From assembly GCA_047967505.1 (NCBI GenBank), contig CM106538.1: 64,000 bases of DNA; one strand, written 5' to 3'. Origin of the DNA: Dipteris shenzhenensis (Eukaryota). Within the stretch, counting starts at the first letter, position 1. Each line of letters opens with the position of its first letter. The notes beneath the pieces were generated by a model, which worked only from the letters and a program-made list of their open reading frames with translations, did not search any database and had not been told where the DNA came from. Shown here piece after piece: positions 1-14,100 of the stretch. The position numbers were made by a program, and so were the translations under genes.

Positions 1-328
1 TTGTGACCCCGATAACAAGGAGGGTTTATGACACCTATCTTCCCAACTTAAGTTAACCTGATTCTTATCATGTTTTCTTGTTGGATGGTGGCAGGTAGGC
101 AGACTCTCCTCTTCAATAAAAGTGATGCTTGCTAGGACCTATCGACTTCTATACAGTTTCCACAAAGTCATTTCTACAAAAGGGCCCACTGCTAGTCTCC
201 TTTATAAACAAGGATTCACCGACTTGTACAAACTTTTTCGTTAATGCAATTAGTCCTATTTCATTGTCTAGCTTCGCTCTTTTGTCTTTTTACTATGCAA
301 AGGGGTGTTGTAAAATCTTCCACACACA
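1..328 (+). repeat. Direct repeat copy A (~330 bp) ending in a short CA run
   Basis: Aligns by eye with 3087-3452 (TTGTGACCC...GGATGGTGGCAGGTAGGCAGACTCTCCTCTTCAATAAA...CTTCCACACA). Homology may extend left of the window. Confidence 0.9.
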
Positions 329-3086
329 GGTCATTTCCCTTGCAACTCTGTATGGTTGCATATAGTACACTTAAGTCATTAAGGCCGTTTTGGCTTCTTG
401 ACTCCCCTCTTTAACTTGTTCTTTATTTGTTTTATAAACATCTTTCTAATCCCACTGTTGTCCTTGCAGAATTATTCATCAAATGTCACAATCTGAATCC
501 AAAACTATCTATAGCCCTCCCCTGATTTCGGCTCCCACCTCCCAAACAATACATTTAAGTCATCATGGCTTTTGGGCCTTTTTGACTCCTTTCATGTCTC
601 TTTTTAGCAACACTATTTTATTACACTTACCTTGTGTTAGTTTTTTCCCTTTTTATATAAAACTCTTCTAAACTAGATTATTGTCATTACTGTCCACTTC
701 CTTTACTTGCCTAATATTACTATAACCACAGCTTACCCATATATATGTTAAACCATTTTGCTTCCATACTATTTACCTACCTCACTCAAGTACCTCTCTT
801 CCATTCCTTTTCCATTACTTTAAGTTGCACTTCTCAATACTTCTTATTCTCTTCGGGTAGATAGTAGATCATCACACTAGGTGATGACCTATTGTCTCAC
901 CTAGTGTGTTCTATCCTACTTGCGTAAAGGTGGGTACACACACACACACACATTCACTTCCTACATTGGTTTGGTCACTTGCTCATTAAATCTCCCCCCG
1001 ACAACCTGCCCCCCCGCCCAAATCCCTCTTTCAATTTCTCTCCCTAGTATTTCCCTCTTTTCACCCACTCTCCGTTCATTTCCCTTGCATTTCCCTTATT
1101 TCCCCTTTATTGTCTTACTCTATTTATTATTTTTTCTTAACTAAATTTATTTTTTTCATTATTTTCCTTAATTTTTTGATTTCTATTTTTCCTTACTCTC
1201 TTAATTTTCTCCTTATTCCCCCTTTTTTATTTCTTTATCCCTCATTAGACTCTCTCCCCCTAGCTTACCCTCCTTCTACCTAATTTTTGATGTCTTGGTG
1301 GCCTGCATTACAAGGTTACTTTTTGGCTCTTTATCTACCATCTTCTCCTTAATTTTTTCTAATATTTTCTTAATCTTTTCCTAAGTATTCCCCTAATTGT
1401 CCTATTCCCCCTCTCCTAAAAACTTTAAGTTTTATTCCCTATAGTATTTTTCCTAAATTTATTCACTTGGTTAAAACATCCTAACCTATTCTTAAACCCC
1501 TCTAATTAAATGTCCCTAACTAAATGTAATTACTACTAACACGATATGCTAACTATTCCCTAACCAACTTATAACGTGACTCCCCTTTCCTAAACCCTAT
1601 ATCCCGACCTTCCCCAACTTAGAGGATACCATGCCTATAAATGCCCTCCTCCCCTAGTCTATTCTCTCACTTTCACTCCTGCTCATATCCGTCACTACGT
1701 TTGTATATGACACCATTTTCCACTAACTCTCCCGCCTAGCTTCCTACCTCCATTGTGCTACGTTGCTTGCCTATGCGGTCTATCTAGCTCCAAGACTTTT
1801 TTCCCATGCTCCTCCACAGTCCATAGACTCCACACTATCTACGCTAGTACTCACGCTCGTGCATCATTAGCTCCATGGCCTCGTGCATACAAACCTAGCT
1901 TCTGCACTGCTACAACCACCTTTACTCTATAGGTTTGCAGCCTATTCTCTATGACCTGAGCTCTACCATGCACTATCCACCCTTTAAGTGAAGACCTAGG
2001 TCCATCCTTTGTATGAATGTGCAGTACGATCGTTGGCTCCGACTTTCATACCCTGGCTGTGCCTTTGTAGGGTGTGGCTGTCACCTTCGTACTCCTCGAC
2101 CCACATAGTCTCTTTGACTATGCCTTCTACCAACGACTTTTGTCTACTCTCATAGACTCATAGGTTCTTTATTACCTTGTTATCCTCTTCTTTTGTTTGC
2201 CTTCCTTTCTTCCCTCCATGCCCCCCCTCCTTGCCTATCCTTCTATTTTTTATTAAATAACCCCCCCTTTTTTTTCTCTTTCCCCTTGGTGTTCTTTATC
2301 TACCTCTCTTTTAACCCCCCTTTTTTCTTCCCCCTTAATTAATATTTTTTAATCTCCCTCTCTCAAAAATCCCCCCTCCCCCCTTTTTTATCCTTCTCTC
2401 CCTTAAATCCCTTTACATTTAATTTATCGTTTTAGACTCTCCTCCCCATTTTTTTGGGCCCCCTCTTCACCCGATTTTTAATTTCTTTATAGTTTTATAT
2501 CCCCCACCCCCTCTTCCCCTCAATTTGCTTTGGCTCTCTCCCTCTCCTCTTTCTTTACATTCATTATTAATCCACCTACTTCTAATCATAAAGTGTATTT
2601 CTAAGCTTATGCTTGTACTTCAATTTCTCTCCCTCCTCACACTTTGGGTATTTGGCAAATTCCCTGTCATTTTTTGGTATAAAGACCAAAGCCATCGATT
2701 TCCCGTACTAAAAAAACCCCCCACCCACTACTTCTCTACTCAAACTAATTCCTTCTAAGCTCTTCCCCCACCTCTTCTTTGTAACCACCTTAAAAATATC
2801 CCCCTCCTAATTGTGGTCACCTCGTTCTTCCCTTTTATTTATCCCCATTTATTTATATAAAATTTTCCTTTATTGATCACCCCAAGTAATTGTGCTAACC
2901 CTCTATTTTTCTCAATGTATATAATTAAAATATGCTTTTTATACACAGTTCCTCACCGAACCACTCATCTTAAACCTTTTTCCTAATATGCTCTACCTAA
3001 TCTACACTTGAAACAAACCCATATTTTTTACTTCAAATTTTTTTTTACATCATGCTGGTTGAGTTTAAGGCTAAGCTTCTTGTTTA

Positions 3087-3415
3087 TTGTGACCCTGATA
3101 AAAAGGGAGGAGGGTTTATGACACCTGTCTTCCCAACATAAGTTAACCTAGTTCTTATCATGTTTTCTTATTGGATGGTGGCAGGTAGGCAGACTCTCCT
3201 CTTCAATAAAAGGGATGCTTGCCAAGACCTATCCAAGCTCGACTTCTATACAGTTTCCACAAAGTCATTTCTACAAAAGGGCCCACTGCTAGTCTCATTT
3301 AGAAACAGGGATTCACCGACTTGTATAAACTTTTTTGTTAATGCAATTAGTCTTATTTCATTGTCTAGCTTCGCTCTTTTGTCTTTTCACTATGCAAAGT
3401 GGTGTTGTAAATCTT

Positions 3416-3454
<39 letters not shown>
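3087..3454 (+). repeat. Direct repeat copy B ending in a long (CA)n tract
   Basis: Second copy of 1-328 followed by (CA)n at ~3416-3454. A more diverged partial copy lies at ~3660-3790 (ATAACAAG...CACCTATCT...TTGGATGGTGGCAAGTA). Confidence 0.9.
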
Positions 3455-3457
<3 letters not shown>

Positions 3458-4394
3458 GTATACTTCCCCAACTATGAATTATTCTTTTCCCATTTATACT
3501 CTCTTTTAACAACCCCATACATCAAGCCCACTAATCGTCCCATACCTCCTCTAATCCCATCTCAACCCATGCACTCATTCGCTCCTTACTCCACTTGTGA
3601 CTTAAACTTCTTATTATTATCTAAGAATCCATATGTTTTTCTATATTCCTAGGTAAAGCAATAACAAGCCCAGGAGAACAGGCATCACCTATCTACCCAA
3701 ACGTAACTATGATGTTCTAACACCTAGTTTGTTTGGATGGTGGCAAGTAAGTGGACCCCAACCTCGGAACCGGGACTGCCTAAGGATTCAACATCTTTTT
3801 TCAATACTATGTTTGTCAAACTCAATATTATTAAAAATTCTTAATTTTGGTCAAAAGTTTTGCAAACTCTAGTTGTATTTTTCAACTTAGATGTCTCAAA
3901 CATTTTTTTCCATATATGTTTGCCTTTTTTCAATTTCCTATCCAGTTGATGGAATTAATTGTATGTCTCAATTATTGATGGGAAATTTCAATCTAAACAC
4001 ACACCCACATACACACACACACACAAGCACGCACGCACGCACAGATGCACACACACTTTTTTTGGTTGACACCATTGATTGAATTAATTAATGCAATTTA
4101 CAATCACCACCAGCAAGTGTGGTAACTAGAAGCAGTGGGAAAACTCTTCCAAATGATGCAAGGAAATGTCACCTAGATGATAAGCATCATATAGGGACGT
4201 ATGAAAAGAATGCCTGAAGAGTGCATAGGTATCAATAGGAGTATTAAAGGACATGCAAAGGATTCTATCATGCCAGATAGTCTAGTATGTCATGAATCAG
4301 ACCCACTAAAAGAGAGGGATATAGTCAGCAAGGGATGAGTGAAATCGCCCAAATATCCAAAAGTTTGGAGAAAATATTGATGAAGTGGGGAGTG

Positions 4395-4397
<3 letters not shown>

Positions 4398-4431
<34 letters not shown>

Positions 4432-4455
4432 AAAGGATGAGTGAAATTGCCCAAA

Positions 4456-4536
<81 letters not shown>

Positions 4537-4541
4537 GGGGG
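4398..4541. repeat. (GA)n microsatellites plus poly-G
   Basis: GA runs at ~4398-4430 and ~4460-4526, then a G run. Each GA run is preceded by a copy of GGATGAGTGAAAT(C/T)GCCCAAATAT. Confidence 0.95.
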
Positions 4542-4549
4542 AGTGCACA

Positions 4550-4668
4550 TGATGTAGCTACCTATACACTATGTTGTATTGAACATGAACAAGAATATAT
4601 ACATGAGAAACCCTTAGGGTTAGGGTTAGGGTTCCCTAATGCCCTACCTAGATAACACCCCCTCTTAA
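4550..4668 (-). mobile_element. Probable short 3' LTR (4550-4657) plus PPT of an old minus-strand LTR element whose decayed interior runs to ~10140
   Basis: TG...CA ends, followed directly by CCCCCTCTTAA (reverse complement of a PPT). No convincing partner LTR or intact ORF found. Confidence 0.45.
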
Positions 4669-7186
4669 ATTGTGCTTGGTAAGAAGAGGATGCATGTACA
4701 AGAACTTTTTGTTGATTTTGTTTGGCGCATATGATAGCATCCAAAATTGAAAGAAAACTGAAGAGAATTAGAGTAGTATGTGCATGTGTGAGCACAGTGA
4801 CTATGTAGCATAAGTATGTACAATGAGTAAAACTTATGTGGCCCTGTATAGAATGTGGATTTCCCATTTCCCCCTCTTTAGTTGTGGGTCAACCTTCAAA
4901 TTTGGGAATAAAACCGAGAAGATAGGCCGAAGGGAAGAGGAAGGAAATATGAAGAAAGTCAAGTCCACTTGGATCAAAGACCTGGTCAATCGAAAGATGA
5001 TTGCGTGCATAGCTGCAAGTATGGATGTGTACTGAACATGTCATAAGTCACTGTGGACTATGTAGCTTCTCTATAGAAGAGGCATCCAAATGTGAAGCTA
5101 GTTGAAGTGACATACAAGGGTGTCACCAACCCAAAAGAACTGACAACAATGTCAGAGGTGTGCTGTAGTAGAGTAATCTCTATCATATGATGTTGTGTCA
5201 AAGAAGACCACATAATCGGTGTGGATAGAGTGATCCAGGGGCTAAAAATTTGGGATTGAAGGTGCAGGTATTATACTTTGCTGCTCTGCTGAGAAGAAGA
5301 GGGCCTATAAAACTAAGAAAGTATGCCAACTTATCAAACTGTATGTTCAACTATCATGAGCTAAAGGTCATCTGATGTGTGCATGAGCTAACAATCCTTT
5401 AGCATGGGATGTAGCATCTATCATAGGATCAAGATGGAGCTGACAGTACGAAGGCCTAGAAGCCTAAAATAAAACTAAGAAAACATAAGGTGTCCATGAG
5501 GCATAGAAGGTGCCGAATGCTAATGTTGGGATTGGTCTGATTTCCTGGATCCAACCACTAATCTGCATCAATGGACTGTATATGATAGCCATAAGTGCAT
5601 AATGAAACACTGAGGTTCTCCAGGTTGCACTATGGCTGAACCTGATGATGTCCACTACACTGGGGCAGGACTACACTAATGTGTAAGTGTCCTTATGTTG
5701 AGGAATGATCTCATGATCTAAGATGGTGGTGATGATTGGATCCAAGCATGATACAATGAGGCATGACTAAATCAGATGTCAAAATGTCTTGAAGACTGAT
5801 CTACTGATATATATCTACTACTGATGGAAATTGTATCCACGCTATGCTCCGTGTCACAGGTGAAAGCATTAGTGATCGATGCTGGAATGAAATCACCTCA
5901 AGAGCTGGATGCATTGTGGCATGTATTTGTGCATGCTGCAAAAGATGTGAGTGTTTCATACTGAGGACTTACCTACTGAAAAACTGCATGATCATAACGG
6001 AACTCTTGCTATGTATCTACATCTGATGTGATAGTAGATGGAGTCAAATCCATGCATGAAATTGATGGCTGTACATCACAAGAATCTGACTGTGCTGATG
6101 TGGATGAGACTGCCTTATGCTGAGGGCTTATTGTCAAATATGCCTCATACTAAGGGCTTACCAAGAAATGTGCATGATCAGAGATGTGGGATGATCCATG
6201 CTAACAAGTGGTAAATTTGCATCTGATCTCTCAAGACCAATGATCAAGTTGGCATCATAAATCAGTACATACCCTGTGGCAATGAATGGTCAAAGGAGGT
6301 TTTCTTTCCACTCATGGGTCTCATTTGAAGTCATGACTAGTTTAACATCAACTGTGTGATGTTAATAACTCCATGCTAGAGGTGGTTTGGTGCTCTATGC
6401 AAGAGGCTTACCCATGTACCAGTGAAAGTGTCTACCCATGGGAACATTAAGAGCTATCGCCGCTGGGGGCTTACGCTGCTAAAAGGATCAAAACAAAGTC
6501 ACATGAGAACATGTGTATGCAAAATATCAAGCATGTAGTATAATGGTGAAAATTGTGTGTCGGAGTAGCCAAGAGGCTATATAAGGCTGATGGATATGTG
6601 TAGGAATCAATGCCAAAAAATAGTCAACAATGTGTGCTTTTACATGGGTGGCATGTGTGTCTGCAAGAATAATGCAACAATCCTGAATCCGAGAGGAAGA
6701 TCACTCTGCCAAGTGTCACTAATGTGTGGAACTACCAAATGCCAAGTGTATTGAATTGGTGTCAGATCTCTGAATGTGAATACCAATGATAGGTCCAAAG
6801 GGATTGACACTACTACAGGTAATGTGGTAATGTCTTACTTAGCTTGGTGGAGTTGAATCTCCTCTAAGGCAGTGCTAGTCTACCATTAGGCTGCATGTCA
6901 AAGCACAAAATGCAACAAATGAATTTTATATGGATTCATTTTATGTGTTGGGTATGGTGCAATGGATTAGGAGGTGGTTTCAACAATGAGGATTCAGTGT
7001 TTTTGACATGTGGAAAATTCATAATGAAGACATGAATTTTTTATTGTGTAGATCATGATCTGGCAATCATTTTATCTTTTTATAGCTCCGAAAAATACCA
7101 CCTAGATCAAAAGTTATGGCTCTCAGAAGGATGGCCAAACTTTGATCACAAGGAGGGCCCAAAAATGATGACCTGGCATATGAAGT

Positions 7187-9839
7187 TGATGGGATATCTC
7201 AAGGTGTATGCCTCAGGCACACCTTATGTTTCTATGTGTGAGTGCTAGACGCACAGTTAGGTGCCCACAAGCACAGTTAGGTGGTGGAGAGCCACATAGG
7301 ATGATTGAGAGAATCTAGGAGCAGATTGAGGAGATGATTGTGGAGCTCTGAGGTCATCAGTGATGTCAATGAGCATGTATGAGGTGCCTACTTAAGGACC
7401 TCACTCTTCTTCATTCTACAATGGAAGTAATGCAAGTATTCTGAGTTTGTGTCCACTCTACTCTTTTCCTTCAGTTTTCCAACATGGTATCAGAGCCATT
7501 TGATCCCCCTTGAGCCCATTTCTGCCACATCATCATCATCATCATCATCATCTTCTTCTTCTTCACCATCTCTCCCTCTTCTTCCCAAAATTTGCTTAAG
7601 CCTGTTCTCCTCAGGTTCTCAACCATTTCCCACGCCCTTCCTGCTGGAGATCCACCTTGAAGGGGCGAACTTCCGGCTGCAAGGAATTGAAGAACCTCCA
7701 TCTCTGCTGGTCGCCATTACACGGTTTTCGTTGATTTCTCTTCCTGCGTTTTCTCTGCGCCTGCTCGTTCTTTCTCTAATTCCTTTCAGGGGAAGCTTCT
7801 CCATCCTTGGGCTACCTTGTGCTGAAATCTGAGCAGCAATGGCTGCATATTGAAGGAGAAAATAGAGAAAAACCAGTCAACTTTGTAGAAGGAAGAGAAG
7901 GCGACCTGACACGTTTTTGCACCTCTTCTTCCCAGAGGATCTACTGTGGTATACCAGCTTTCTTTTGCCTCAGAAAGCCCCCTTTCTTTTGCTTTGAAGA
8001 GTGAGCTATAAGCCCTCCAAGTTCAGCTCTTTAGTTTTGACAGTTTTGACAAGCTTTTGAAGATGATGCTACATAAAATGCTACTCTAGCATTTCTGGTC
8101 TTTTGAAGCTTTCAATAACTTCAGTACAAGTGTGGATTCAGTTTTGTTTTGAATTGCTAGACCTTGTTTTGATTGGAAAGTATTCATTTCACCCACTTCT
8201 ATGAAGCCTGTAAGAAGAAGCATCACTGTTTGAAATTTGGTCACTAGTCTTTGCTACATCAAGTGCTCATATTTTGGAAGTCTTTCACTTATTTTTGCCT
8301 TGTAAGAGAGATAGACACTGCCCAATATCTGGGTTAGACCCTCTCATGGCTACCCTATTTAATCTTGAGAAGTTCAATGGAAAGGGCTTCCATACATGGC
8401 AAATGAAGGTGAAATTTGCATTGATGAGGGAGAACTTATGGGGACTTGTCAAACCCACTCCTATTGCTTCTACAGCCTCCAATGCTAGAGAATCTTCAAC
8501 ACCGACACAACCGGCAAGGGATTAAGCTAGAGAAGAAAAGCATATGGTATAATTGCTCTTGCTCTAGGTGATGATTATATACACCATATCTCTGACTTGG
8601 AGTCTCCTTCGGAAGCTTGGCAGAAGCTAGACATGATTTTTGGTGCAAGCTCTCACATCTCTAAACTATCACTTAAAATCTCTTTCTTTGAATTGAAGAT
8701 GGCTAGTGGTACTACTTTAGCAGCTCATATCAACTATATGCGGACTCTTATGACTCAATTAGCTTCTATCAACTCTCCTATTTCTCCAGATGATGCTATG
8801 GCAGTGTTACTTAAGAGCATGCCTGAAGATTATGATCACATAGTTACCACTTTGAAAAATCTTCCTAATCCTAATCTTGAAGGTATTATCTCTGCTCTCC
8901 AAGAAGAAGAAAGGCATATGGAGCTCAGGAAAGGCAATGACACTGTTTATGCTGTAAAAGTCTAGAAGGGCAAGTATACTCCTTGCAATCACTGTGGAAA
9001 GACAAATCACCTGTCAAAGGACTGCTTCAAAATTAATCCATGCAAGCACTATGGCAAGAACAACCATAATGAGAAGTTTTGCAGATCCAAAGCAAAGAAA
9101 GAAAATGCAAATCTACTTTCAGTTGAGCCTCCACAAGATGAGGCATCCCATGAAGATTATGCATTTTAATCATCTCTATGTATGCTCTAGATCTCTCCTT
9201 TTATGTCAAGGTACTCAGCCTGGATAGTCCTCCAAAATGAATGAAATAAACTATTGTGTTTTGTGTGTTTTGTAAACACCTCTGGTCACTTTATGATGTA
9301 GGCCATGTGTATGTTTTGCTCCATGGTACCTCCTGCAGACATTGTGTGCATGTACATGTAGGGGAGATAACCATTGGAAGGTCTTTTTGTATCCCTTTTG
9401 TTTACCTTACACCCAAGGGAACCCTTGCTAGCATGAGAACCTAGCCATAGATTTATCCTTGACCACCATGAGATGGCATGAGAAACTATAAGACTAGATG
9501 TATCCTTGACATAGCCAGAGGCATTCCCTTGAGGGGGGGTTTGATGGGATATCTCAAGGTGTATGCCTCAGGCACACCTTATGTTTCTATGTGTGAGTGC
9601 TAGAGGCACAGTTAGGTGCCCACAAGCACAGTTAGGTGGTGGAGAGCCACATAGGATGATTGAGAGAATCTAGGAGCAGATTGAGGAGATGATTGTGGAG
9701 CTCTGAGGTCATCAGTGATGTCAGTGAGCATGTATGAGGTGCCTACTTAAGGACCTCACTCTTCTTCATTCTACAATGGAAGTAATGCAAGTATTCTGAG
9801 TTTGTGTCCACTCTACTCTTTTCCTTCAGTTTTCCAACA
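7187..9839 (+). mobile_element. Gag-only non-autonomous LTR retrotransposon (TR-GAG type), 2653 bp
   Basis: 298-bp LTRs at 7187-7484 and 9542-9839 (TG...CA, 2 substitutions seen). TSD GAAGT at 7182-7186 and 9840-9844. PBS TGGTATCAGAGCC at 7485-7497. PPT GAGGGGGGG at 9531-9539. No pol. Confidence 0.95.
8346..9169 (+). pseudogene. gag: Copia-type Gag with two zinc knuckles, disrupted
   Basis: MATLFNLEKFNGKGFHTWQMKV...AWQKL...LLKSMPEDYDHIVTTL...CNHCGKTNHLSKDC...CKHYGKNNHNEKFC. Stops at 8523 and 8963 and one frameshift near 8540. Confidence 0.9.
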
Positions 9840-11164
9840 GAAGTGTGGGTCACACATAGATTAAAAAACTATGCATGTGTGGCACTCTGTGTTTAGAAGG
9901 AACTACTAAGGATTCATGCTAAAATATTGGGCCCAAAAATATGGACAAACATCTTCAAATCTGTCTCTTCTACTTTGGATTTGTTGTAAACTGCAAATGG
10001 ATTGCAAGTGTTGATGGGGGTAATCTCTACAACTGAATTGCAGCTGCAAATGTAAACTACAAATGGATTGCAAGTGCTGATGGTGGTAATCTTTTTTGAA
10101 AGGCTTATTGTATTCTATTTGAACTTTACTCTGCTACTCTAACATGATGTATGTATGCATGTATATATTAGGTGAAAGTAGATTATAACAACACTTCTCT
10201 ACAAAGAGATAGCATGTATATTATATCTCACCATCCATGGATTTCATAAGCATCTCCATTAAGTCTTTGGAAGAAGGGTAACAAAATTTTCTTTTGTAGG
10301 TAGCTCGATCTATTTATGTTGAGCTTGGGCACTATATGGGTCTTACCCTAACCATGTTGTTTTCAGAGAGGACAAGCATCTAATGTGGTCTATAGGAAAT
10401 GTGGCTTTGTCTATTCTCATAACCACATAAGCCATTTTTCTCGCTCAAGTATGTATTGAAAAAGGCTGCTTGGCTGGCCAATATTTCCATGCTTACATGA
10501 CAATAATTTGAGCTTGGATTGATCATCCTTTGTTACATGTTTGAATGGAAGTGATGTTGCTTTTTGGCCTGAATGCATGCGGTATCCTTGAGCTCTGATC
10601 AATGTTGCTTTGTAGCATATCTCTAATCAATGTTTCTTTACAACTTTGATGAAAGAGAAGCATCATAGTGTTTCTTAAAGGAGGATGAAGACTGAAAGAG
10701 GCACATAGTAAGAAATGCAAGATCGATAGATGACATTTTATGTGGTTGCAAACTTCACTCCCAGTATATTGGTGTAGGTTTGTCCATCTCCAATCTTATC
10801 CCTCCGCTCCTTCCACATCAACAATAAGCAGTAGATGTGGGAAAGCTCAAATGATGCTTTAAGTGGATTATAGAACTTGAAGTTAGAGTAGTTAGTGCAC
10901 ATTGCATAGATATTCTATCCCAGAGTCATCTAGACATGTGGACATCTAGTATCTTAAATTATTGCTTGGCCTTGAATGGCTACTTAATTTTGGTGAACAA
11001 GGAGCAACTACAAATGGCCATTGTGGAGATTCTAAAAGAAATTTTGTTTCAAAGATGCTCATGCAAAAGTAGAGGGAGGTGCTACTGAGGCATAATCCCA
11101 TGGCCTCCTTAGTCAGTGTGAACCCCTCTTTGATCATGGTGGTGAAACTCACCAAGGTGGTTGC

Positions 11165-14100
11165 ATCATAAGTTTACTACAAGGCAGACAATATGCCAAA
11201 ATTAGTTCAAGGGAAAGGCATCCTCCCTATGAACAATTTCACTGGTACAAAAGGATTGGTGAAAGATGTACTCTATGTTCTGAAGCTCAGCAAGAACCTC
11301 TTGCCAGTAGTTCAAATGAGGGAACACTACTGAGTCATCTTCGATGGAGATGAATGCACTATCAGAGACAACAAATCCAGAGGATATTAGCTAGTAGGAA
11401 AAGCAGTCAAGGAAGGATGCTTGTTCAAAATGCTAGCTACAGTACCAGATTTGCATGCCATGTTAGCCCAACTACTGCAATAGATGCCACTTTTCACAAA
11501 ATGGCACAAAAGATATGGACATGTCAATTTCAAAAGCTTGATAGAGCTCAGGAATCAGAATATGGAAATTGGAATTCCTAAGCTACAGTTTCTTGGAAAA
11601 GTTTGTGAAACATGCTGCTTCGGCAAACAAAAGTGAAGCAACTTCGACAGAAGCATTTCTCGAGCATGAGGTATTCTTGATTGGATACATATAGATGTAT
11701 GGGGTTATGCCCAAACTTGTAGCATCAATGGTTCACTTTACTACTTGACTTTCATCGATGACTACAACATATATTATTGGGTCTACTTTTTGAAAGAAAA
11801 ATCTGAAGTCTTTTCTAGATTTCAAGAATTCAAAGCCATGGTAGAAAACCAGACACATAGAAAGATCAAAGTCATGCGATTAGATAGAGGAGGTGAATAC
11901 ATGTCTTCAACATTCATGATTTTTTGCAGAAGCCATGGCATTAAAAGAGACAATTCATTTGTGGAGACACTCCTTAGCAGAATGCAAGAGATGAAAGGAA
12001 GAACTGTACTTTAGTAAACAGTGCTAGATCAATGCTTAGTGAGAAGCATCTTCTAAATTAGTATTGGGTAGAAGCAATAGCCATTGCAAACTACTTGCTT
12101 AATCGGCTTTCAAGCGAACCAATTCAAGGTATGACACCTTATGAACCATTCACTGGATATAAGCACACATGGGCATCTTTTCATATTTGGTTGCATAACA
12201 TATGCCCACATACATGATGATCATCGTAGGAAATTGGATGCAAAGTCACGTAAATACATCATGGTTGGCTACAGTGAAGAAAGCAAAGCATACAAGCTTT
12301 ATGATCCCATCAACCAAAAGGTCATTATCTCAAGAGATGTAATCTTTGATGAGGAATCGGAATGGAAAACCTCAAATACATAGGAGATAGATGCACCAAT
12401 TACCTAGTCATCTACAGAAAAGGTTGATAAAGAAGAGCAAGAATTGCTAGAAGCACCCTGAGAAAAACTACAACAACTCAAACAGTCTACTAGGGAAAGA
12501 AGACCACCTGCTAGATTGACATATGCTCAGAAAGGCAAAGAAATTCAAGTTGAAACCACCAATTATGCTCTTATTACTACCATCATGGCTACAAATGAGC
12601 CAGTGTACTTCAAAGTTGCAATTGACAAGCCAGAATGGCAAACTACTATGAATGAAGAAATGGATTCTTTGTACAATAATAATACTTGGGAATTATGCGA
12701 CCTTCCACAAGGAAAGAAGGCCATAGCAAACAAATGGGTATACAAAGTGAAGTACAATCCAGATGGAAGTATTGAAAGATACAAAGCCAGACTAGTTGAA
12801 AAAGGATTTCACAATAGTACGGTCAAGATTATGATGAGACTTATGCTCCAGTAGTAGCAAAGATGGATTCCATACGGTTCTTGATATCACTAGGGACACT
12901 AAGCAGATGAAATGTTTACCAAGTCGATGTCAAGAATGAATTTCTTAATGGTTATCTAGACGAGAAAGTCTACATGCAACAACCAGTAGATTATGTTGAA
13001 CCAAAAAAAGAGAATCAGGTTTGCCATCTCAAGAAAAGTCTCTACAACTTAAAGCAAGCACCCAGAAGTTGGTACAGCAGAATTGATAAATATTTTGCTA
13101 ACCTGGGATACATGAAATACATGAAATCCAATGTAGATCATACTTTCTACTACAAAGTTCAAGGGGAAGACATTACTATTGCACTTTTATGCGTAGATGA
13201 TCTGATTGTGACTAGAAGCAAGGATAGCTTCATCAAGAAATCGAAACAAGACTTATCTATAGAGTTTGACATGAAAGATCTTGGACTTATGCACTATTGT
13301 CTTGGTATTGAGTTTTGAAGAGATTCAGACAACACCTTCATGAGTCAACTGAAATATGTTGACAGTCTTCTGAAGAAGTTTCATATGGCATATTGCAAGA
13401 TTGCAGCCACTCCCTTTTGAAACTTACTAAAGATTCAAAAAAGCTACACTCAATGATAGGTACTATTGGCCATCGGATCTCTTATATATTTGACTATCAC
13501 ACGGCCAGATATTTGTTATGCAGTAAGTTCACTAGCATTGTTTATGACAAATTCAAAACGATCTCATTGGAATGCAGTTCAAAGATTCTTGGGATACATA
13601 AGAGGTATAGGATAGTTTGGGATAGAATACAGATGAAGTCATCCAAGGTTGCATGGATACTATGACCGTGACTATGCCAGAGATCATGAGACTAGGAGAT
13701 CGACACAGGGATATGCATTTTTCCTTGGTCAAACTACTATATCATGGTTGTCAAACAAACAGCTAACAACTGTTTCCTTTTCTTTGTCTGAATCAGAATA
13801 TAGGACTCTCACTACAAGTGCATGTGAGGCTATATGGCTCAGAAGACTATTGTAAAAAACATTTTGCTTTGATGAATCAAAGCCAACAACAATATACTGC
13901 ATTAATCAATCGGCTTGAGCATTGGCCAAGAATCTAGTACATCACTCTAGGACAAAGCACATTGATGTCAGAGAGCACTTCATTAGAGAAAGAGTGTTAC
14001 TTGGTGATATCACACTATAGCATTGTGATAGCAAAGAGAATGTTGCAGACGTCTTTACCAAACCACTCGGTAAAGAGATTATTGAGAAACATCGACAAGC

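Noticed and set aside
4290-4655. ORFs with SLSLSL/ERERER (also THTHTH at 3160-3652)
   Set aside because: These are translations of microsatellites.
10145-10260. Partner LTR for 4550-4657
   Set aside because: Shares only the first 7 nt (TGATGTA); no further alignment and no canonical PBS.
10270-11160. Decayed minus-strand LINE C-terminal region
   Set aside because: Only a weak IGDG-like motif; not enough to call.
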